DNA from: Paragordius varius
Lineage: Eukaryota > Animalia > Nematomorpha
Reading direction: 5' to 3'
Length of the DNA stretch: 64,000 bases
Assembly: GCA_964247055.1 (NCBI GenBank)
Contig: OZ176056.1
Span: 7,626,001-7,690,000 of the forward strand
Shown here: piece by piece, positions 1 through 11,364 of the stretch
Position numbering within the stretch: position 1 is the stretch's first letter
Layout: each line of letters opens with the position of its first letter
Notes under the pieces: model-generated
Seen by the model: the letters and a program-made list of their open reading frames with translations, nothing else
Databases searched by the model: none
Told to the model about the DNA's origin: nothing
Position numbers and translations under genes: made by a program

Positions 1-620
1 TGAGTATTTATAATTAAAGAGCGCCTCTATAATTTACCTCATACTGATTATCATGCACTCATTAGATAATCGTTGATTGAGACCTACCTAAAAAACTAAC
101 TAGTTTTGTGAGTTTTAAAACTTATCATATTAAATCAAAAATTTATATGTCTAACAAATAATATAATACTAAAAATAAAAGGGTCCTGATACGGATAATA
201 TCTTATATCAGATCCACCGTATTTCATGATTTATCAACTTAAGGTATTCTTTTATATAGAATTTCAATAAAAATCACAAAAAATTTATATCATACAATTT
301 TTTTTCAAATTAGGGTGACCGCATCACTTTAATAAATTACTTAAAGCGTTTAAGTTCCAATCAGATTGCTTTATTGTATTGAATTATCTTTAAATTTATT
401 TAATCAAAACGGTTCTACTTTATGTTATCACCTATTTAATATTAAAAATCATTTTTGACGTTAACCAATACCTTATGATATTATATAAGAAATGATTATT
501 TTACAAATGATACAACATTTGATTTTTTTTTCAAACTTAATTAAATAAATTTAACATAAAAAATGTCGGAGATTAAACAAAAAATGTTTTGAGTTTGTGT
601 TGAGTTAAAAATAAAATATA

Positions 621-830
621 ATGTTTATTATTCTGCCTCAATGCAATGCATAAATAGACTTTCTTGCAAGTGTGATGGTGCACAACCCTGAATATTAGTC
701 TAATAAAAATAAATTCTCGAGCTTGGTTAATAAGTATTGAGTTGGAATAAACTTATGTTTTTATTTTTCAACACAATCCATAAATAGACTTTCTTGCAAA
801 TAAGATGCTTAATGTAATGCCCTGAATAGT
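621..830 (+). pseudogene. Two decayed tandem copies of the 5' part of IB exon A
   Basis: ATAAATAGACTTTCTTGCAA occurs at about 649-668 and 780-799, matching ATCAATGGACTTTCTTGCAAG of exon A. Copy 1 reads MQCINRLSCKCDGAQP* and copy 2 reads QSINRLSCK*. Confidence 0.75.
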
Positions 831-944
831 GGTCTCATAAAAAATAAATATTGGAAATCAAAATTTTGAATGTCATTGAAAAATGTTGAGTTTGATTGAA
901 AAAGTGTTGAGTATAATGTAAATTATATACTTTTATTCGCCTCT

Positions 945-3900
945 ATGCAAAGCATCAATGGACTTTCTTGCAAGTGTGATGGTGAATGTACACCATTGAA
1001 TGTTACGACAGATTGCAAAGGCGATGCCGGGAGAGATGCTTGCGATTGCTGTGATGTTTGTAACAAGGTTAAGGATACATTATATTTTAAGAATTATTTT
1101 GTTTTTTTAGAATATAAATATAAAAAAGTTTGATTTCAATAGTTTGGGATACGGAAATTACCAGCTTTTAATATAAGTAATAAATTGACGTATATAATTA
1201 GAATATCTCAAACGGGTTGTATTTTAACTAATTACTTTCAAAATTATATAAATGGATAAAATTTCGCAAATCAATAGATTACGATTTTTCAGTTAAAAGT
1301 AATATGTTAGCAACGCAACATTTTTTTCATCAAACAGCATTTTTTCAACCGAACGCAACATATTTGAAGCAAAGACAACTTATCAAGTGTTGCGTTTGAA
1401 TGAAAAATGTTGCGTTTGAATGAAAAAATGTTGCGTTTGCATTAAAAAAATGCGTTTGGATGAAAAAATGTTGCCTTTGCATAAAAAATGTTAAGTTTGC
1501 TTGAAAAAATGTTTTAACTGAAAAAAGATTATCATATTTCATAGTGTCCTCCTAATTTAAAATTTAATTCTTTGAAAGAAGATCATTTAATTTTCGTAGA
1601 AATATCTAGATTCAAAAATATTTTATTTTCAAATTAGTTTATAATACACTTTTTATATATTAAAAATTGTAAATTCGTTCGATATTTAAATAGGTTCTTT
1701 CTAAATTCATTTCAAAACTTAATTAAAAATTTAACTCATTTTATATCTAAATATAAGGGCTTGGAACTTTTAATAAGAACCAGTTCCAATTGTTCAGAAA
1801 CCACCCGGTTCCGGTTTCACCTTTTTTGAACCGGTTTCAAACCCTGCTAAATATCTTTATATTTTGTTTATCCTCAGAAAGTTAAATTTTTAATTCCTGA
1901 TATCCAACTGCTTAATGACATGTTTTATCCAAAAAGTTAATAAACTATGAACTAATTCTAGATCAAAAAGACCTTTAGTTAAATATATTCTGCAATAATA
2001 TAAAAATTAAAGCGATTAAGTAAAGTACTTTAATTTATTTCGAAATCAGATTTTTGCATTAGTTTACTTTATAATTGTCGAAGATTATTGTAATAGCAAC
2101 TTAGAAAGTATTTTTCTTTTTTAGATTAATCTTACCAACTTTAAATCATATATAATTATAACAATTCGAAAGTGCATAGTGATCCCAATTTTTTTGGAGT
2201 TCTAAAAGATGGCGAGTTTTTTTAAAAAAATATTTACACTAAAATACTCAATGTTTTACTCCATATATTATGGCGCATAAAAATAATAAATTATTTACAA
2301 CTACAACTCTATTACCTCAAAAAATTTATTTGAATTTTTTGAAATAATTTACCATTAAAAATAAATTTGTTTTTGGAATATATGATAGGTGCTCGGAGAA
2401 ATTTGCCGTGGACCCTTTTGGATTTTCGGACACTGTTCTAAAGGTTATATATGTGAAATCAATGATGACACATTTGATTTTAATTCGGAAGGCAAGTGTG
2501 TTAAAGAAAGACAAAAGGTATAAACATTATAATATTTTATATGATAAAAGATGTAATTGATTTTAAATATTTATATTTCAAGACCTCGTATGCTAAAATA
2601 ATATCTTTTTGGCATCGTTCCTGGTTTTACCAGGTGGATTCCTATTTTAAAGGTCTTTCAGTAACAAATGTAATTTTGAAAGAAAATTAAATATTTTTTT
2701 ATTTAAAATATTGTCCATCAGCTTCTAGGCATTTTGCCCATATCTTAGGTATTGTATGAATGATTCAGAAACATTCATTTTCTTATGCAAAAAACCATTT
2801 GTGGAACCATCCAACGTTTTTTAAAATTATTGAAGTGCTGCTCTGTGAGAGTTCTATTGATGCAAAGCTCTATTGGTCAGAAGGCACCAGATCCGGAGAA
2901 TTCAGTGGATGAATTTCATATCAAAGAGATTTAAGGCGATATTAACTGGTTCTGTTATCTACGAAAAACATCAACCAAATAACTTTGCCATGTTTCTCGT
3001 TCATTTCGATTGTTTTTTGATCATTGTATGGTTTAAATGTTAGCGATAATGTTGTGGATTAATAATTTCACTGGACCTAAAAAGTTCATACCCCTTCCAC
3101 CCCACACTGAGCAAGGTTTTCTTGCAGAAGCGATTTGACAATAGTATGAATGGACCGTCTTGGAAAGTTCACGATTTCTCCGCTTGGTCAAAATCATTTA
3201 TAATTACCTGTCCCGATTTGGTCATAAAAATATTTTTTCGTGACATCGAAGCGGGATTTCACAGTCTACTTTGCAATTTGTATTTGTAATCGATTTACCG
3301 TGTTTATTGGTAAATATATTGTTAAGTTTAAATCATGTCCTCATTCATCCTTTAAGGTCTTCGCAAATGTATGATCTACCAGAGCGCCCACATTTTTTCA
3401 CGTGAAAGCATGTTCATTGTAAATCAATAGAGTGTTCACCATATGTTTCTACAGATAAACGATAATCAAGCCCTTTTCTTCAGATGGCAATGCATACCAC
3501 AATTTTTTCAAGTACAAAATTCGAGATATACTGAAGTAAGATAGACGAGTTTTTGGTAGACTTAAATTGTTGGTGATTGTAGTAAATTTAAAATGGAATT
3601 GGTATCAAATTAATCGTCTGCATACTTTTCCAAATTCCCCTGGTTCCACTGACCTTTCACTTATGTCCTGGTTGACATATTGGGATTATAGCTTTTTGTA
3701 AAATTTCCGTTTTGAAAGTTATTTTAGTAAAATTTAATCATCAAACATTGTTCTCATATGTTAGATAACTTACATTTTTACAGATTTGTGACTTCTAGTT
3801 TTTATAATTGGGAAAGCTCCAAAAGACAAATGAAGCAAACAGCCGATATTAACAAAATATATCATTTTGGCTGGTGTATTATAACCTGAAAGCTTTATAA

Positions 3901-4860
3901 AGTTAAATATTTACATTTTCTAACCATAATACACATTTCGGCCCGAAAAAATTTGAGATGAGGATTTTTTACATTATTTTTATAATTGTATAATGCGTCT
4001 TAAAGGCTAAAAAAGCATATTTTGTATTCAACTTAATACCTAAAATATTTTTTAAGATATTCAAACTTCAAATCGTCCTGGAATATAAAATACCGCAAAA
4101 GACCATGAGTGTTATACCGTTAAGAATTTATGAATACACTTGGTATATACATAAAAACATTTAAGTTCAATATGTTGTCAGATAATTATGATTAAACGGT
4201 GTTTTCATTAACTTTAAGGGCAAGAAAAATCATTAAGCATTTGGTATATTTTGCTATGCATTTTAATAAAAATATGCAAGAAATCATATTTCAAAATAGT
4301 ATGATGAGCTAGTTTGGTACACAATAACCTTAAAAAATCAAGTATATGCACCTGGTAGTTTCAACAAAAATACTTAATTTATTCATATTTCTAGTGAATA
4401 CTCCTAAGATAAAATATTGTTGAATAAATAGTTTTAGTTAAATTGATATCCATCGTGAAATACTTGTTATAGTTAATACTAGCCAGTATATGCACAATTT
4501 TTATTCAATCGAAAAGGTAAATACTACTCACATAGTTTTTGAAGAAGTATCTTCTAAATATATACTCAATAATCATTCATATTATATGATTTAAAGAATT
4601 TAAATGAAACATGCGGGGATGCTGATCAACAAGGAACTTGCTTACCTCATCTACTATGTCAAGACAAAGAATTTTTGTCTATACCCCGCTGCATTACTAA
4701 CCCACATTATAAGCCACCCAATGTTGATATCCAATCTAACAGAAAATTGAAATTTAAATCTAGACGTTTGACAGGGAAAGGAAAGAAAAAATTTAATAGC
4801 CAGACAAAACCTTTGCGCCGAAATCAACAAAATATTTTGGACACATTTTTTCCATATTAA
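945..4860 (+). CDS. IGFBP N-terminal (IB) domain protein, probably secreted; 3 coding exons 945(or upstream)-1067, 2389-2517, 4597-4860
   Basis: Exon A: MQSINGLSCKCDGECTPLNVTTDCKGDAGRDACDCCDVCNK (8 Cys, DxCxCCxxC variant of the IGFBP GCGCCxxC motif), donor GTTAAG at 1068. Exon B, after gatAG at 2387-2388: VLGEICRGPFWIFGHCSKGYICEINDDTFDFNSEGKCVKERQK, donor GTATAA at 2518. Exon C, after ttaaAG at 4595-4596: NLNETCGDADQQGTCLPHLLCQDKEFLSIPRCITNP..., a basic tail and stop at 4858-4860. All junctions are phase 0. The true start codon is unresolved; the in-frame upstream sequence YILLFAS looks like a signal peptide. Confidence 0.85.
1310..1525. repeat. Minisatellite (about 20-21 bp unit, TGTTGCGTTTGAATGAAAAA) with a short inverted arm
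   Basis: About 7 degenerate units at 1388-1525, with inverted copies (GCAACATTTTTTTCATCAAAC..., GAACGCAACAT) at about 1311-1361. Lies in IB intron 1. Confidence 0.8.
1755..1846. mobile_element. 92-bp hAT-type micro-MITE
   Basis: Imperfect TIRs (aagggcttggaac / gtttcaaaccctg) with an exact 8-bp TSD CTAAATAT at 1747-1754 and 1847-1854. Confidence 0.75.
2699..3545 (-). mobile_element. Decayed Mos1-like mariner transposase pseudogene in IB intron 2
   Basis: Minus-strand fragments, in order and across frameshifts: HCHLKK, VETYGEH, GRSGR, CEI, IGTGNYK* (VTGDEKW), SNRFCKKTLLSV (PNRFGKKTMLCV), KHGKVI, HPLNSPDLVPSD (YSPDLAPSD), KIWAKCLEADGQYFK* (stop 2699-2701). Confidence 0.85.
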
Positions 4861-5062
4861 TAATATTGATAGATTATATATATATTTATTTATATATATG
4901 GGTTTTAATTATTTAAATTAGATTCATATACGTGATTATTATAGTTTTTAGTATCCAATTTTAGCATCAGGTTTTACTCAAGCCATAATTAAATTTTTAT
5001 TTGAGAAATTATTCCCATAATAAATTTCTGCATAAAATAAAAGTTATTTAATTTGAATTTGA

Positions 5063-5135
5063 CAAGGGGTGTCAAACAGGTGGTTTCGGAACCACTTGTT
5101 GCCCTTCGAAAATTTTGAGTGGCTCTTTAGAAGGA
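5063..5135. mobile_element. Solo hAT (Charlie-like) terminus
   Basis: CAAGGGGTGTCAAAC followed by GAGTGGCTCTTT, typical of Charlie-type ends; no matching partner end found. Confidence 0.4.
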
Positions 5136-6136
5136 AAAAATTTTTTTGCAAAAAATTAATCTTTGAGTGGAGATGTAAAATTTTTAAAATTTAAAAGTAA
5201 AAATTGAATTTCATAAAATTTATTAATTATTTAATAATATATTTCCTTAAAAATCTAAAAATCATTAGAATACTTAACACTGGTAAAATTTTTTTACTAA
5301 TTACTTAGAAAAAGAAGCATATTTCTGAAAACCAGATTTCCATTTTTAATAAAGCAATACCCATATTATAGGGGTTATAAATTACGCATTCGATATTTAC
5401 AATTGGTAAACTTTTTTGATATTATTTCAAAATATATTGGAAAGTTATAGTCATTTTTGAGATATTATTTTTTTGCGGAACTTAACTTCTTAAATTATAT
5501 CGATCCATTAGTGCAGTTAAAGTCAGATATAAATTACATAAATTTAATAAATTATAAGAGAATATAATCCGGATTGGGAATTAAAATATGGGTTTCAAAA
5601 TTCTAATAATAAACCCATGTGCAAATCTAGGTGAAACAAGCAGTGTGTTAATATTGATCTTTATTAAGACGTCAGTTTTTATTTTTATACAATTATAAAA
5701 GATTCCTCGGTAGCTCACACATATATTTTTAACATATTAAAAAATGCATCATAAACAGAGTTCAGGCAGGGGGGGGGGTAAGTTTATGTTGTCGGCAAAA
5801 ATTCATGAATTTCTCGAATAGTATTGATTGTGATATATTCCATATTTGTGCAGTCATCAATGGCAGATAAATTTAAAAAATTTAATTTGTCCATGCATTT
5901 GATTAATTTTTTGTTTTTGCACATATTAGTAAATTTAGCAAAAGCAATATAATATATTTTTACCTCTTTATTAATGTTATAATTAATCTGGCGGAAAACA
6001 GCATCTTTATACTTTTTAACATATTATGGAGATCATTATTATTAGCCTAACATTGCATTTAGAAGTCATAGTACTCCTTATGAGCTGGTGGCTTTATGAA
6101 ACGAAAATTTTGAGATGACAGTTATTACTTATCATA

Positions 6137-6179
6137 GTGTAAGACGCGTTTCGTCCTTGTTGTGGATTTTCAGTCACAC
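6137..6179 (-). ncRNA. Minimal type I hammerhead ribozyme relic (Penelope/retrozyme type)
   Basis: Minus strand reads GUGUGA-CUGAAAA-UCC-ACAACAA-GGA-C-GAAA-CGCGUC-UUACAC. Stem I is GUGUGA/UUACAC, stem II is UCC/GGA, stem III is the palindrome ACGCGU, and the cleavage triplet is GUC. The core lacks G8 and G10.1, so it is probably inactive. Confidence 0.65.
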
Positions 6180-7651
6180 ATAATGAACACGGGCAAAAAC
6201 TGTCAGTTAGGAGTTTGTTTATATAGAGAGTATTTTAAGATTTAGGACCAATTATAGTTTTATAAAGAGAAAACAGAGAACTTAGGGCGCGGAGAGGGCA
6301 ACCGATTGCACTTTGATCATACCAATTCTCATATCTCCTTTATATTCATTCGCCAGCAATTGTCTGACATCTTAAAAGTTCCTTTTAATAAGTCACCAAT
6401 TACTCGATGGGAACTATATGACTTCTAATTATGGTAGGCTAATAATAATGATATCTATATTATATTATTTTTACTAGTTAATTTTAATTATATGAAAATT
6501 AACACATCCATATTCTGTATTAAACATTTATCATTCAAAAAATATAAAAACTATTTTTTAAAAGACAACCATTCCTTTTTAACCCTAATTCATCCTATAA
6601 TTATTAATAGAATTATAAAACATACAATTTATTCTGTTAGCAATTTGCATGTATATTTAAGGTGACCAGATTTTTTAAAGGAAAATGCGGGACAAATCTG
6701 AGAAAGGGGGGGGATTTTTATAAAAATGGAAAATGCTGGTTTTGTGATCTGATTCCGGAAAACCGGTAGACCCATTCAAATCCAAATGTGGAAAAAATAT
6801 AATCATTAATAAATGTTCCGAATAGCTTCGCCCTTTTTTGAATTGGGTTCCCAGTTCGGGGCCACCCCGTGTAAACGGTTTTTTTGAAAACAAAATTCCA
6901 CAAAAATCGTGTCTTTGAGACAATTTTCCGGAGAACGTGTTGGACAATTCAATTTCAAATATGATTTTAGTTTACTTATTTTCGATTGCGCCGAACATAA
7001 TCGGCTCGCTTTTTCAATTCAGGCCCTCTTTTTACCCGCTCCCCTCGTAAAATGCCATTTTATTCAAAAAAACAAAGTCCACAAAAATAATTTTTTAAAT
7101 CTATTTTTCCCCAAGTAAACAATATATTAGTAATGCACCGTTTTAAATTCCTATGAGATCATAGCTATTAATTAATTTTTCGAAATAATCCATATGTGGA
7201 TCCTTTTATCCCTTTTTTTCAAATAGCCCTCTCCCCCAGAAGTCCGAAGGACTTACTCGGGCTGCGTAGCAGCACAAGATTTACGCTAGTACATTATAAA
7301 TACAAAAAAATATTTTATTCCTTGGTATATTTTTTATTTGAGTGAATGCGTTTTAGCAGATTGTCATCATTTTTTAAAATATTGTAGAAGTCTTCACAAG
7401 AATTCGTCAAATTATACTTGATAGATAAAATGGCCTTTAAAGTTTCATTATTTAAATTTTTCCGATGTCCACACCTGATTTACTGTGGAAACGCGCTCAG
7501 TAGCGTTTGTTTTAGGTAAAGATAGTGCAAATTCCACAATTATTAAAACATAATTGTATGGAACATAGTTTGTTTCAAAATGATGAAATATTTCTAACCA
7601 TTTCTTTTCTACTGTATTTTTTCTGGTGTCCATAATTTAAGTTTTTCATTA

Positions 7652-8790
7652 CACTAGTCGACAAATTTGGACATTTTTGAGCACCACCACTCAAACTTTT
7701 AAATTATGACTAATTTCAGTGTTTTAAAACCGAATGTGAAAAAATTTTTGATCCCGCCAATCAGAATTTTGAAATATTATAGGTTTTTCAATTTTTCAAA
7801 AACAAGAGAAAATGGAGAGAAAATTAAATATAACTTTATAATAAAATGTTATTATATTATAAACTTAATATTATTTATTAAAGCGTTTTAAACTCTATCT
7901 GTTGAATATAAATATGTCATTTAAATATCAGAGAGAGAAAAATAGTACGGACTTAAACGTCATAATTTAGTCTTTTTCTTTCAAGTGAATTTTTAATACG
8001 TAAAAAAAATTTTTAAAAAAATACTAAAAAAGGGATTCTATGGTTTAAACCTTCGTCTTTTAGATAGGTTATATATTTTTTTGTTAGTTTTCGTTCTTTC
8101 GAGTACTTATTAGGCTTTTTTTCTTGAGTTGGTTCTTACAAAAGATCCTTTATTTTTACCTAGTAGATATACTTTATTTTTTAAAATTATTGGTTGTTTT
8201 GTATTTTTAATTTCAGATGGATATTGTGTAGCCACTTTTAGTAGAATTTACTATTATGGGATTGGACCATTTGTATTTACCTAATCTTTCTATTCAATTT
8301 AATTGTAGAATTTCTCTAACTTTATTCTGTGAATTGGTTAATTTGACATGTCAATTTGCCTGGATTTTGCTTGCAAGTCTCTCTTATCGGGCTTTACGAT
8401 TACTTATTGTTATCTCTGCCATATCTGGCATAATTGGATCGCTTGGGGGATATGCAGAGCTTGTGCAGCCGCCCGGATCTATCACACTATACATAAGCCC
8501 CTTTTAGATTTTTAATACTTTGGCTCTTAGCTTGTTTAGTATCTTATTTAATGCCTAGAATTTTGTTATTCATGCATGGAATATTACTTGTATCGACTTG
8601 TTCGTTTGAATATTTAAACATATGTACACGAGGAATGATTGTTATTTTTAAATTAAATACAAATTTAAAAATTAAATTTCGGAAAAATCCTATTGGTGGC
8701 CTCAATTTTTTTTGTTTGGGGCTTTTCCATGCCATTAGGTATCAGAAAATGCAAAAATAATGGGGTGGTGCAAAACCTTGTTGAGCAGTG
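7652..8790 (-). mobile_element. Decayed Tc1-like element nested in the Blackjack transposase
   Basis: Imperfect TIRs (cactagtcgacaa...gcaccacc / ggtggtgc...ttgagcagtg), TA on the left flank, and DRSGR / IRETCKQNP HTH remnants on the minus strand at about 8250-8500. The host transposase reads through the site: AKKYIYN|NEKLKLW. Confidence 0.6.
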
Positions 8791-10270
8791 TTATAAATAT
8801 ATTTTTTAGCTAATGATACTTCAGAAAAAAAATCATTCTCTGAAAGATTACTTTTTGGGAATTTTTGAGAGATGCAGATGTAATCAATGATTTTTGAACA
8901 TCGCACCAATTGAATTCTGGTTTGAATGTTATCCAATGAAAATTATCAATTTCATTGAATTGCACCGTCCGTCTTCCAAATAATCTTTACAGTTTGTATA
9001 AAACATTTTTATATGGTACAGGATATCTTGGCGATTTATTAAGCCTTGTTTTTCTAAATTATATATAATATAGCGGATGATTAATGGTATAAAAATATTT
9101 TCTAACCTTTCGTGACATTCAAATTTTAGGTTATTTACTTCATTGGCTACTTCGATGGCTGAAATTACCTTCTATCAATTTAATAACATTTTGAAAGAGA
9201 GAAGCTTGATTATGTAAGAACTCTAACCATATTTTTGAAAAATTTTCAAAAAACTTTTCCAAAGTTTTAGGACATTTGTGTGATAAAAAATTGGATTTTA
9301 TAGGAATACATTTTTAAAATTCTTTCGATAGCTGGCAGAAGAGCTAACCAACGAGTTTCAAATATCCAAGCATTTTTTATATTGAACTTCTGCATTTAAA
9401 CAGAATTCCTTAAACGTTTCAACGCGTACCATGTATATAAAAACATAGGAATGTATTTTAACAACTACATTTAACAAATCAGCAGCTATTTGAATAGCGT
9501 TGTGTATTATATGCGCTGCACACCCAACGCCAATAAGGTTTTGATGAAGATTATCGGCTAATTCATGAAAAATATTTTTTGTCCCCTTCTTGCTTTTTCA
9601 TCGAAGTTCGCATTGGTGTTGTCAGCGCAATATGCGATTTTGTCTTTTAGATTATTTATTTCTAAAATATTGATTATTGAAGTAAAAATTATGAAGGAAT
9701 TTCACCGGATAGAAAAATAAAATCTAAAATTTCTGGATTAAAATATCTTGTTTAAGTGGGAAATAATTTTGTTTCCATGTGATTTGATGCATCAGAGTAA
9801 AGCGGTATGAAATTAATTTTCAGGAAATCTTTTTGCATTTCAGAAAATGCATGTGGCGAAAGGACATTCCATACAATGACTTCAGTTTCTGTATGGGCAC
9901 ATGTAAAGTTTAAATTGAATAAGCTACAAATAACCTGTGAGGTACAATCCATAGACCTAAAGGATTGATTGTGATTAACGGCGTGAAAAGATAAAACGCC
10001 TTCGGCTAGTGCCAAATTCTTTTCTTCCTTTAGCGGTTTTTCGATAAAATCGTTCATTTTGAAAGATGATGCCGCCATATCTAAACATTTTTTATGTTTC
10101 TGTGTTTCCATATGCTTTGTAATATCATGCTTGCCGCCATGTGCTAAGGTGAATTCCTCCTCGCATAAACATTTAACAAATGAATTACTCGTTTTTTGAT
10201 AAAAGGAAATTCTTTCATTAATTATTCGTTAAATTTACAACCTATTTTTGTACTCATATTTTTAAACTAA

Positions 10271-10475
10271 TAGTATAAAAAATATTATATTACCTTGATA
10301 TTCTGGAGTAAAAGTTAAGCTATCGATTTATGGAATTAATTTGTCTTTTTGATGATGTTGGCAGGTAATATAATTAAAATATTAGTAAAAAATATTTTAT
10401 TACCTTAATTTTCTTGAATAAACGTATAAGCTACCGATTTGTGGAATTAATTTGTCTTTTTGATAATGTTGGCAG
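10271..10475. repeat. Direct duplication of about 110 bp inside the Blackjack element
   Basis: TATTACCTT...GGAATTAATTTGTCTTTTTGAT(G/A)ATGTTGGCAG occurs twice (about 10271-10365 and 10382-10475). Confidence 0.8.
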
Positions 10476-11364
10476 TAGGAGTAGGAAGCTAAGTGTATAA
10501 TCATATAATATATAATGAATTCAAAAAAATTAAATATTTTTAATTTAATAAAAATAATTTAAATAAAATTGATATAGATTTTAAAAATAACTAATGATAA
10601 AAAATTTAAACGGATAAAAAAAATAAATGTTATATAAAAAATTTAAATGTAATTAAATTTTTTTTTATATAATCGTGAAAAAGCGGGACATTTAAAAAAC
10701 GTAGCGGGACGCGGGACAAAGTGCGAAAAAGCGGGACGTCTGGTCACCTTATGTATATTTCATACTTTGCAGTTTAAAACAATAACATATATTTGATAGC
10801 ATTATGAATATTTTATAATATATATATATATATATAATAACAAAATTTGTCTTTATAAAAGCGTGGTTAGATATCCAGATATGGCTAAAATCTGAAAATC
10901 TTTAATTGATCCATTAATTGTTAAACGAATTCAAAATTTAGTTTATTTGTATTACATGTGAGTGCATAAGATAGTTTTGACAAAATCCACATTACTTTCG
11001 AAAAAAGTCGGGAACGTTGGATCACATCCAAATTTTATTTAACTTATAACACCCTATTTGCACTTTAGGCTTTAAACATTTAAGATTGGTCCTTATTTAT
11101 TTTTATTTGCTTATATCTTTTACAATTTAAACATTTGTCCATATTATAAAAAATTAATAATCTTTATTTATTCACTAATTTATATTTAAATTCGATTTTT
11201 TTGTATTATGAAGCCACGATTGAGGCAGCGTTACGGGTTTCAATCGAGTGAGTTTTGATGAAATTATTTTTGGATGGAATCTTAACGGGTAAAAAATGGC
11301 TTTATTTTTTAATACAACGGAAAATATAATTGCTTTCACCCAGTCAAGCCGATCCATCAAACAA

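Larger units (their letters stand above)
6658..10751 (-). mobile_element. hAT Blackjack-like DNA transposon with a decayed transposase (about 7316-10250, minus strand)
   Basis: TIRs TAAGGTGACCAGA / TCTGGTCACCTTA; exact TSD TGTATATT at 6650-6657 and 10752-10759. Minus-strand motifs: HGGKHDITKHMETQKHK, AEGVLSFHAVNHNQSFRSMDC, DASNH, LIGVGCAAHIIHN, and hATC-like TNATERV...ETLKAIL...IHSNKKY. Many stops and frameshifts. Confidence 0.92.

Noticed and set aside
1345-1542. 65-aa Phe-rich ORF
   Set aside because: Translation of the minisatellite; no coding signal.
2326-2514. 62-aa minus-strand ORF
   Set aside because: Antisense shadow of IB exon B, which is on the + strand.
3150-3660. Apparent protein-kinase fragments on the minus strand (EPGEFGKVC, KNIFMTKSGQVIINDFD)
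   Set aside because: The 3150-3545 part aligns better, motif by motif, to Mos1 mariner transposase in alternating frames. The isolated G-loop-like peptide is followed by a stop and has no other kinase subdomains.
7475-7500. Hammerhead-like CTGATT...GAAACGCGCTC
   Set aside because: It is the antisense of transposase codons (ERVSTVNQV) and has no proper stem II or core.
7448-7633. ORF track lists MDTRKNTVEKKW... as + strand
   Set aside because: The peptide reads from the minus strand (CAT at 7631-7633, TTA at 7448-7450). It is part of the Blackjack hATC region, not a separate + strand gene.
8256-8760. Hydrophobic short ORFs (8256+, 8551+, 8544-)
   Set aside because: They lie within or antisense to the nested Tc1-like relic; no splice or domain support.
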